Source: Octopus vulgaris
Lineage: Eukaryota
Direction: 5' to 3'
NCBI GenBank assembly: GCA_951406725.2
Contig: OX597817.1
Coordinates: 135,656,001 to 135,720,000 of the forward strand
Length of the DNA stretch: 64,000 bases
Of this stretch, positions 54,220-64,000 are shown one piece after another (position 1 is the stretch's first letter; every line of letters starts with the position of its first letter). Under the pieces are notes generated by a model. That model ran no database searches. It was not told the DNA's origin and saw nothing but the letters and a program-made list of their open reading frames with translations. A program made the translations under genes and the position numbers.

Positions 54220-54598
54220 TATTTCTTTACTACCCACAAGGGGCTACATACATAGAGGACAAACAAGGACAGACAAACGGATTAAGTCGATTATATAGAC
54301 CCCAGTGCGTAACTGGTACTTAATTTATCGACCCTGAAAGGATGAAAGGCAAAGTCGACCTCGGCGGAATTTGAACTTAAAATGTAGCGGCAGATGGAAT
54401 ACCTATTTCTTTACTACCCACAAGGGGCTAAACACAGAGGGGACAAACAAGGACAAACGGATTAAGTTGATTATATAGACCCCAGTGCGTAACTGGTACT
54501 TAATTTATCGACCCCGAAAGGATGAAAGGCAAAGTCGACCTCGGTGGAATTTGAACTCAGAACATAACGGCAGACGAAATACGGCTACGCATTTTGCC
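54220..54598 (-). mobile_element. tRNA-derived SINE dimer
   Basis: Same architecture as 9189-9604. Confidence 0.85.
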
Positions 54599-55490
54599 CT
54601 CCATCTCTTACCATCAACACCTCCACTTATATTTGCTATCAACCACCTTCACCTTTATCCATTATGTACATTTACAAACTTTGCCCATCCTTATGATTCC
54701 TCTCTCACCCACGCTCTTGTACTAATCTTCTAAGACATTACCTCAAGATTACACCCTGGCCCTTCATCACTATTATCTTTATCTCTCTTCCACAAACTGC
54801 TCCACCTGCAAATAAAACATGATGTGAGGGTACCACCGAATCTCTTTGTTCTCAATGCACCCCACAGTCCTTCACTACTCTCTCCCTTCTATTATTCCTT
54901 TTCCAAACACTGTTAGTCTCTCCACACCCACCCACTCACAAGAAATCAGTTTCTTCCATCAAACTTTAATACCTCACTAAAACTCAGCCCCTTTCCGTCT
55001 AAGGCAACCTCACAAAGAGTGGTGCCATGATAAAATGCACCTAGTGCACCATAAAGTGGTTGGCACTGTACTGGATGCATTTTGCTATGCAAAAGAGAAT
55101 TGAAAGAATTCTTTGGTCTTGCTAAGGGTGCACCAGCCTATTTGATTCTGGTTCCAGGAAAGGAATGGCCACAATAATCTGTGAAGTTGTTGGTGAATCA
55201 AGTAAAAAAAAAAGCAGGGTTGAGAGGATTCTTTAACCTTTTTGGGGGACATGACAATCTCTATAGTGCTGGAACCACAAAAGCAAAAAAAAAAAAGGGA
55301 CACAGGACACTCACTAAAGTGGCTGGTGTTGGGAAGGACATCCAGCCATAGAAACCATGGCAAACCTGAGATATTGGAGCAAGATGTATTACTCAGACCT
55401 ATTGCATCCTGTCAAAACTGTCCAACCTGGGTCAGTATGGGAATTCTCATTGAGAATGCATGATGATGATGATATATAAAGGATACATAA

Positions 55491-55725
55491 TAAGGCGGCG
55501 AGCTGGCAGAATTGTTAGCACGTAGGGCGAAATGCTTAGCGGCATTTCGGCTGCCATTACGTTGTGAGTTCAAATTCCGCCGGGGTCGACTTTGCCTTTC
55601 ATCCTTTTGGGGTCAATAAATTAAGTACCAGTTATGCTCTGGGATCATTGTAATCGACTTAATACCTATGTCTGTCCATGTTTGTCCCCTCTATGTTTAG
55701 CCCCTTGTGGGTAATAAAGAAATAG
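55491..55725 (+). mobile_element. tRNA-derived SINE monomer with TSD
   Basis: gatatataaaggataca flanks both sides. Confidence 0.85.
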
Positions 55726-55959
55726 ATATATAAAGGATACAATACGAGTAACCAGAACTATCACCAGCATTTAACATCTGTTTTCATTGCTGGCATGGGT
55801 TGGACGGTTTGCCAGGAGCTGGCAAGCTGCACCAGGCTCCATTTGTCTGCTCTGGCATGGTTTCTATGGCTGGATGCCTTTCCTAACACCAACCACTTTA
55901 CAGTGTACTGGGTGTTTTTTAAGTGGTACCAGCACTAGTACTTCATACATGGAGTTTGT

Positions 55960-56392
55960 CATCTTTATTTTGGGGGAGGGGCCAGTCAATTAGATTGACC
56001 CCAGTACATAACTGATACTTAATTTATCAACCCTGAAAGGATGAAAGGCAAAGTCGACCTCGGCGGAATTTGAACTCAGAACGTAAAGACAGACGAAATA
56101 CCTATTTCTTTACTACCCACAAGGGGCTAAACACAGAGGGGACAAACAAGGACAGACAAAGGGATTAAGTCGATTACATCGACCCCAATGCGTAACTGGT
56201 ACTTAATTTATCGACCCCGAAAGGATGAAAGGCAAAGTTGACCTCGGCGGAATTTGAACTCAGAATGTAACGGCAGACAAAATATGGCTACGCATTTCGC
56301 CCAGTGTGCTAACGTTTCTGCCAGCTCGCTGCCTTTATGGCGAAATACCGCTAATCATTTTGTCCAGCGTGCTAACGATTCTGCAAGCTCAC
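55960..56392 (-). mobile_element. tRNA-derived SINE dimer/multimer
   Basis: Junction gacgaaatac|ctatttcttt as at 9370. Confidence 0.8.
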
Positions 56393-56481
56393 TGAAACCT
56401 AACAAGTGGAATGCGTTAACTGACTCAGGTGTATCAAGATGTGTGTCACTATCTTTTGGTTTGAGGAAGTTATGCACAGAA

Positions 56482-56910
56482 ACATCATCATCATCATTGT
56501 TGTTGTTTAACGTCCGTTTTTCCATGCTGGCATGGGTTGGACGGCTTGACTGAGGGTTGGCGAGCCAGAAGGTTACACCAGGGCCCAATCTGATCTGGCA
56601 GTGTTTCTACAGCTAGATGCCCTTCCTAACACCAACCACTTTGAGAGTGTAGTGGGTGCTTTTACGTGCCACTGGCACAAGGGCCAGTCAGGCAGTACTG
56701 GCATTGGCCATGCTCAAATGGTGCTTTTTACGTACCACCTGCACAGGAGTCAGCCCGGCGGCACTGGCAATGACCACACTCAAATGGTGCTTTTTATGTG
56801 CCACAGGCATGGGAGCCAGTCAGTGGCCCTGGCAACGGTCATGCTTGAATGGTGCTTTTAATGTTCAGCTGGCATGGGTGCCAATCAGGTGGTACTGTTA
56901 TTGGCCACGA
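56482..56910 (-). mobile_element. RTE 3'-UTR fragment with several ~60-bp subrepeats
   Basis: Same family. Confidence 0.8.
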
Positions 56911-57372
56911 CAACGATTATTAAACAATATTACTATTGTTTTGAGTGGTAAATTTCAATGTCCACAAAATATCATTAGTGAATAATAATTGCAAGATTTT
57001 ATGTAAAAATTTATAACATTTTAATTTACAGAAATACATTTTATCAGAAATTGTGGTGATATGATTTTACATAAATTTCTCAATAATTTCTTTTATTCAT
57101 AAGAAATGTTTTAAACTCATCATCTTGTTATTTTCCTTCTGTCATAAGCTGATAGAACCATTAGTGTACCAGGCAGAATTCTTAGTGGCATTTTGTCTGT
57201 CTTTATGTTCTGAGTTCAAATTCTGCTGAGGTTGACTTTACCTTTCATCCTTTTGGGGTCAATAAAACAGGTACCAGTTGAACACTGGGGTTAATGTAAT
57301 CAAATTATCCTCTCCCCCAAACTTCCTGGCCTGGTGCCAAAATTTGAAACCAATATTTTCTTTCTGTATATT

Positions 57373-58243
57373 CAGGGTGCAGTGAATAAATTGTTGTCTA
57401 AATTACACAAAAATGGAAATAACACTGACATCTCATTTTGACAGATATATTTACCAAAATTACATAAAAATATCTTGAAATTCTAAAGAGTAAATTTATT
57501 CAATAAAATCGCCATTGGCATCAACCACAGCTTCCAGAGGACTTCAGAATCTTCTGCACCTATTCTGGACGGTCTCCTTGTTTAAGTTGGTGAATGCTGC
57601 TATAATCCTTGCCTTCAGTTCATCTTTGGTGTTACAAGGAGTTTTGTTGGTCAAAAGCTCAACTGTACCTCATACATAATAACCAAGGGAGTTGGAGTCT
57701 GGGGAGTTAAGTGGCCAGATGTTAGGGGTGATGTGGTTGCAGAAATTGTCCGACAGCTATAACTGGGTTCTCCTGCTTGTGTGGCATGGTACAGAGTCCT
57801 GTTGCCAGACATAGGGTCTCCCAGCAGCGACCCTTTTGACCCAGGGCAGCACTACCTCCTCCAGGCACTTGATGTAGGCCTCTGTTGAGTCTAAAGCTGC
57901 GTGGGAAATTGAATGGAGGCATAATGTCGTCATCACTAACGATCACACCAAACACCATGATGTTGACTGGATGTTTGATTTTTATCACTCTCGGTACATG
58001 TCCTCAGACTGACACCCAAACACTCTGAAATGTTCGTATTAGAGCTTCCAGCATGAATGCCAAACAGTACAGCATGTCATCTCCAAATTTCTGGCAGAGT
58101 GAATTATGTCATGGTGCTGTTTTTCTCACAGATGGTGCCCAACTGACCCTACTATACTGTCTAGCCAATAAAATCAAAAACAAATAATGGGCAAATACGA
58201 AATTAAAAATATAAAATGGCAACAATTTACACATTACACCCTG
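57373..58243 (-). mobile_element. Internally deleted Tc1/mariner element with TIRs
   Basis: TIR cagggtgcagtgaataaattgttgtc / ggcaacaatttacacattacaccctg. Peptide KHPVNIMVFGVIVSDDDIMPP is related to the 16527 transposase. Confidence 0.78.
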
Positions 58244-58932
58244 TGTATCATATGTTTAACAACATGGCTTTTAAAAGAGAATCACTTTCCACAAGTTTCG
58301 CATCTGAAAGGTTTTACTCTTGTGATTAATCATGCCTTGATTAATGAGATTATGATTTGGGTAAGAAACTTCCATGACAAATAACAGTGAATAAAATCTT
58401 CCTTTATGGTGTATTTATTGATAACAAAATTACAACTCAGAGAATAATGTCTAAAATATTTCACAAGACTTCATTCTGTCGCAAATTACAAATGTAAATT
58501 TACTTCAAATTGAATAATTCTTTACATTTGACATTGACTTAAGTGTATTGTTAAATATTTCAGTGAAAGGGTTTCTCTTCAACAACGGCCCATTTAGACA
58601 CAACTCCAAATAAGAATTCACACAGAAAGACTTCCAACACATTTCACTTTGATGTTCCCCCAATGTATATTTTTCTTTGAAAAAGACAAATTTCGCATGT
58701 TTCATAATTAATAGGCTTCCCTGCTGTATGCGTTCATTTGTGTCTTTTTAAAGACTCTTACTGATAAATAATTCCCCACATATTTGGCTCCTGGCTTCAC
58801 CAGCATCAGTCAAACCATCCAACCTATGCCAGCACGGGAAATGGATGCATGATGATGATGATGATCTCACGATGTTTACTTAATGGCAGATGGTAAGTTT
58901 TGTTTGCAAGATCTTTTTGTCACTTTTCCCAG

Positions 58933-60093
58933 TTAAAAGGACGTCCCTTCACGGTGCATTTGTTTGTGCAGCTTAAAATGACTGTTGTAGACGAATTCCT
59001 TCCCACACATCTCACAGTGGTATGGCTTCTCCCCAGTATGAATTCTCTTGTGAACTATAAGATTGGAATTATCAGAGAATGCCTTTCCACAGATCTCACA
59101 ACGGTAAGGTCTTTCTCCCGTATGGATTCTTCGATGTTTTGTCAAGAGGCTTTTGGTAATAAAGGCTTTGGCACACGTTTCACATTGGAATGGTTTCTCT
59201 CCACTATGAATACTTTTGTGAACAACAAGACTAGAATTATCAGAGAATGGTTTGCCACAGATTCCACAATGGTAAGGTTTCTCTCCTGTGTGACTCCGTT
59301 TGTGGACTTTCAGCTTGGAATTTTCAATGAAACATTTCCCACATATATCACAGTGATAAGGCTTTTCTCCAGTATGGCTACGCTTGTGGACAGTCAGCTT
59401 GGAATTCTCAACAAAAGACTTGCCACAAATTTCACAATGGTACGGCTTCTCTCCAGTATGAATTCGTTTATGAACAACAAGATGAGAGTTGTTAATGAAC
59501 GACTTACCGCACACCTCACAGTGATACTGTTTCTCTCCCGTGTGAATGACCGTGTGTTTCGTTAAGAGGCTATTCGAGACGAAAAGCTTGCCACAGATTT
59601 CACAATGGAACGGTTTCTCTCCCGTATGCAATCTTTTATGAACTACAAGACTAGCATTAACAGAGAAAGACTTCCCACAAATATCACAATGGTAAGGTCT
59701 CTCTCCTGTATGACTACGAATGTGGATCACCAGGTTCGAATTCTGAGTGAACGATTTTCTACAGATCTCACACTGAAACTGTTTCTCCCCACTGTGGATT
59801 TTTTTGTGTTTTGTTAAATTACCGTTTGAGACAAAAGATTCTCCACATAATTCACAATGGAACGGTTTTCTCCTCTTGTGTATTTCTTTATGGATCAACG
59901 CTTCGTCTTCCGAAGAAAATGTTTTCCTACAAATCTCACACTGATATTCATGAATATTTCCCTGTAACGATTTTTCTTCAGTAAATGTTCCACTACATAA
60001 AAATTGTTCCTCGCCGCTGTCTGTGTGTCTTATTGAAACTATTTCATTAGCAAAAGTTGCGTTAGAAGAGTCCAAGTAATTAACATCTTCCAT
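58933..60093 (-). CDS. C2H2 zinc-finger protein, 12 tandem fingers, single coding exon
   Basis: Repeated [13 protein letters not shown]. First in-frame ATG at 60093 (the ORF-track start is TTG); acceptor ttcttttacag at 60422. Confidence 0.93.
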   Translation of the reverse strand: MEDVNYLDSSNATFANEIVSIRHTDSGEEQFLCSGTFTEEKSLQGNIHEYQCEICRKTFSSEDEALIHKEIHKRRKPFHCELCGESFVSNGNLTKHKKIHSGEKQFQCEICRKSFTQNSNLVIHIRSHTGERPYHCDICGKSFSVNASLVVHKRLHTGEKPFHCEICGKLFVSNSLLTKHTVIHTGEKQYHCEVCGKSFINNSHLVVHKRIHTGEKPYHCEICGKSFVENSKLTVHKRSHTGEKPYHCDICGKCFIENSKLKVHKRSHTGEKPYHCGICGKPFSDNSSLVVHKSIHSGEKPFQCETCAKAFITKSLLTKHRRIHTGERPYRCEICGKAFSDNSNLIVHKRIHTGEKPYHCEMCGKEFVYNSHFKLHKQMHREGTSF

Positions 60094-60659
60094 TTTAATT
60101 ATTGAGGAATTCTTAAAAACTGACAATTGACTGTGATTATGATGTCAGAGCTCATATCTTTGTCTTGGATATCAAGGCAGTTTGTTAATAAGCGTGGAAA
60201 ATGTGCAATATGGATATATATATATTTTTTACTTACTACCAGTATGTTTGTTGCTGATCGAGTCTTCTCTCTGTGGCTCACATATCGTTTGGATAAAAAC
60301 ACTTCTATTTCTACATTAAGAATTGTGGGTGGGATTAATGTTTGCCGTCCATAAGGTAACTAGTTCTGATGGAATGGGTGTGTTTTGGACAACACGGGTA
60401 ATAACGGAACACTGAATACAACTGTAAAAGAAGAAAAGATATGAAATTATAAGATCAATATCGAAGACAGGTACACGGATATTGAGGATAAGGGGTCGAA
60501 TAAGTGATATGTGTAGATATACTCATCTATGTACATATATGTGTGTATATATGTATCTATTCATGTGTGTACATATGCACGTGTGTATATGTATATATTC
60601 ATTATGTGTGCATACATCTATTCATGTGTGTACTTGAGTGTGTATATGTTCATGTATAT

Positions 60660-61066
60660 ATAATAATGAAATTATTGTATACAGTGCTCAGGTGCACCAC
60701 AACTTGTCAGAGAGTGCATATAAAGTACATGCAGTAATATATAAATGTCTGAGAAGTGAACAGTGTATGAGACAGATACATGCTTGTGTGTGTATGGAGG
60801 GGAGAACATCAAGTGTAGTGTTGGCGAATCTCAGGAAGCATGGAAGTTTTGAAGGATGCAGTGCTCCGACAACTAACAACTGATGCCGGCAGTTTGTTCC
60901 ATGCTTCAGCAACTCTCAGCGTGAAAAAAATGTTTCCTGAAGTCATGGGAGCTGTGTTGTTTTCTTACTTTGTAAATATGTCCACGGGTGTTAGAAGGGT
61001 GGAGTTTGAAAAGGTGCTCAGAGTTATTGTTTGTACGATGGTTGATAATTTTATGGGTGTCTGCCA
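60660..61066 (-). mobile_element. CR1-like LINE 3' end
   Basis: Close relative of 38450-38850. Confidence 0.85.
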
Positions 61067-61887
61067 TATGTATATGTGGGCATATGTATATTTTCATATG
61101 CGTAAATATATGTCTGTATATATTCGTGTGTGCACATAGATGTGTAGTTTCCGTGTGTGTGTGAGTGACCGTCATCAACCAGAATAGTTTAACATAATAG
61201 AAAAGTGTATAATGTAACGGATGTAAAAATATTTCGTGGTGTAAATAGTGAAGTCCGTCTTAAAAGTGAAGAATGGTGAGCAAAGTTATTCGCAACAGAT
61301 CGCTTTTCCTACAAAAACCGATTCCGTTTTGTTCTGTAAAATGAGAAACGATTCAGGATGATTGCATAATTGGAATATTTAAGCATCAGATTGATGGGGC
61401 ACCGACCTTCAACACATGCAGGTCGCCCCATGTTAGCCACACACATTAATGTTCACCTTCATAATGAGATAATTTACTCCACATGAGATAATTAGATTAA
61501 TTACGGTTTAATTACTAAGAAGACAATATTGTTGATAATATTGCTCCGCTCGTCAATGACACCGGTGATCTTAGTGAAGAGTTCCTGCTGTATTATACGA
61601 CCGGGGACTTAAGGTACCGCCTCCGTTTATATTTCATACAAAACCTAACATCGGTAAAAAAAAAAACAACAAAAAAAGGAATAATTAATCATTTGTAGTG
61701 ATCTGACCATTATTATTATAGCCATATGAAGGATCTTTTCACTTCCATCCCATATGAAAGATGTGTATATCTAACACGATATATGTATTCTTTTTCCCCC
61801 CATCTTATATCGAGTGTCAAGACTGTATATATCCGTTTGACATGTGTCTTATTTTTGTTGTTTTATTTTTAATTTTCGATTTGCCCC

Positions 61888-62222
61888 TATGTATGTATGT
61901 ATGTATGTATGTATGTATGTATGTATGTATGTATGTATGTATGTATGTATGTATGTATGTATGTATGTGTGTGTGTGTATGTATGTGTGTATGTGTGTGT
62001 GTATGTGTGTGTATGTGTGTGTGTATGTATGTATGTATGTATGTGTATGTATGTATGTATGTGTGTATGTGTGTGTGTATGTCTGTGTGTTGTGTATGTA
62101 TGTATGTATGTATGTATGTATGTATGTGTGTATGTATGTATGTATATGTGTATGTATGTATGTGTGAGTGTATGTATGTATGTATGTATGTATGTATTAT
62201 GTATGTGTGTATGTGGATGGAT
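61888..62222. repeat. (TATG)n/(TG)n microsatellite
   Basis: Direct reading. Confidence 0.97.
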
Positions 62223-62351
62223 GGAAGCACTCCGTCGGTTACGACGACGAGGGTTCCGGTTGATTCGAATCAACGGAACAGCCTGCTCGTGAAATTAACG
62301 TGTAAGTGGCTGAGCACTCCACAGACACGTGTACCCTTAACGTAGTTCTCG

Positions 62352-62756
62352 GGGTTGGGGTAACTTTGAATGCCAAAGTTTGGGACAAGACCCTCCAGGA
62401 TTTTCCAGATGTATATCACTGCATATCTCTCCCGCCTTCGCTCTAGGGAGAAGAATTTTAATACTTTCAGTCTTTCCCAGTAGCTGATATGTTGCATTGA
62501 GACGATCTTCTTAGTGTAGCTTCTTTGAATTGCTTCGAGTTCTGCTGTTAGCTTTATATTGTGTGGTGATCATAGTTGGGAGCAGTAGTCCAAGCGACTG
62601 AGGACGAAAGTTTTCCAAAGGACCATCAGTGTCTCCTCTCTTGTTCTGAAAGTTCGGAGAATCCATCCAGCTAGCCATCTGCATTTTATCACCAAATCAG
62701 TAATATGCACTTGGAAAGATGCATCATTGATCATGTCAATGCCCAGGTTACGCACT

Positions 62757-62757
<1 letters not shown>
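62352..62757 (-). mobile_element. CR1/L2-group LINE RT C-terminal fragment
   Basis: GWILRTFRTR...SRLDYCSQL...SYWERLKVLKFFSLERRRERY. Confidence 0.85.
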
Positions 62758-62794
<37 letters not shown>

Positions 62795-63018
62795 TTATAA
62801 AATGAGATAGGGGTTGAAAATTCAACCCACCATGGGATAATATATATCCAATATACTGCTAGATAGGTACCCAACAAGACTAATACATATTTACTCTTAC
62901 TGTATATTTTGTATAATGCCTTTACTGATATGTAATGGTGTATTAAAGTATTGATTGGGTATCATCTGATAGTTGATGTTTTATTGATTTAAGTATGTTT
63001 CTCCATTCTCTAATTTTG

Positions 63019-63078
<60 letters not shown>

Positions 63079-63082
<4 letters not shown>

Positions 63083-63633
63083 AATTGCAGCGTGGGAGGT
63101 GTTTATAAGCCATTTAAGAAACACACAAAAGCCGTTCGATTCACTCCAACATTTAAGTTTAATTTGTCAAAATATTTTCGTCGCTAAAATCCGCGACCTG
63201 TTCACTGACAAAGTCCGTGCTGCATCTAAGAAAGTAACAGTTAGTTCGTCATATATATGTATGTACGTATGTATGTGTGTATGTATGCATACATGTGTGT
63301 ATGTATGTACGTATTCATGTCCGTATTCATGTGCGGACATGAATACGTACATACATACACACATGTATGCATACATACACACATACATACGTACATACAT
63401 ATATATGACGAACTAACTGTTACTTTCTTAGATGCAGCACGGACTTTGTCAGTGAACAGGTCGCGGATTTTAGCGACGAAAATATTTTGACAAATTAAAC
63501 TTAAATGTTGGAGTGAATCGAACGGCTTTTGTGTGTTTCTTAAATGGCTTATAAACACCTCCCACGCTGCAATTGTTTTCGTTTCAGCACACGATCTCAG
63601 ATCAAATTACTTGCTATGCGAGTACATCTCCGT
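63079..63633. mobile_element. Palindromic Penelope-like non-autonomous element in a (TA)n tract
   Basis: Arms 63079-63323 and 63334-63578, apparently identical, 10-nt spacer. The right arm continues ~55 nt further; each arm carries a hammerhead-like fold. Confidence 0.8.
63445..63494 (+). ncRNA. Minimal type I hammerhead-like motif with G3:C8 variant core (mirror copy on minus at 63163-63212)
   Basis: tttgtca-GTGAACA-g-gtcgc(ggatttta)gcgac-GAAA-atat-T-T-tgacaaa: 7-bp stem I, 5-bp stem II, palindromic stem III AATATT. Confidence 0.65.
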
Positions 63634-63669
63634 AATATATATATATACCCTTTTAGAGAATTATTATTG

Positions 63670-63720
<51 letters not shown>

Positions 63721-63732
63721 TACAAAGTAATG

Positions 63733-64000
63733 TGTATGTATGTATGTATGTATGTATGTATGTATGTATGTATGTATGTATGTATGTATGTATGTATGTA
63801 TGTATGTGTGTGTGTGTATGTATGTGTGTATGTATGTATGTATGTATGTACGTATGTATGTATGTATGTATGTGTGTGTTTGTGTATATGTATGTATGTG
63901 TGTGTGAATGTATGTATGTATGTATGTATGTATGTATGTATGTATGTATGTACATATGTATGTGTGTATGTGTGTGTGTGTATGTGTATGTATGTATGTA
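63733..64000. repeat. (TATG)n microsatellite
   Basis: Direct reading. Confidence 0.97.

Noticed and set aside
58900-59565. 221-aa plus-strand ORF (and minus ORFs in 48092-48967)
   Set aside because: Antisense shadows of the zinc-finger arrays.
63099-63558. Mirror-image 105-aa ORFs on both strands
   Set aside because: Consequence of the palindrome; low-complexity content.

Overview
AT-rich, repeat-dense eukaryotic DNA. The SINE/RTE repertoire, long (TA)n and (TATG)n tracts and single-exon C2H2 arrays suggest a coleoid cephalopod, most likely octopus (inferred, not verified). Four protein-coding genes are supported: a three-coding-exon RD3-family gene (+, 10105-18400, 210 aa when spliced by hand), TMEM187 (-, 29739-30542), and two convergent C2H2 zinc-finger genes (13 and 12 fingers) with decayed fingers past their stop codons. 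The rest is mobile DNA: RTE and CR1-like LINE fragments, two tRNA-derived SINE families, Tc1/mariner and hAT remnants, and GG-ended 8-bp-TSD foldback elements. The most notable signal is a set of small non-coding Penelope-like elements carrying minimal hammerhead-ribozyme folds. One is a 245-bp-arm palindrome whose hammerhead core has a G3:C8 swap (GUGAACA); another joins a tRNA-like Pol III head to a hammerhead and an inverted tail. All family assignments come from motif recognition by eye. Repeat boundaries are approximate unless a TSD or splice site is quoted.
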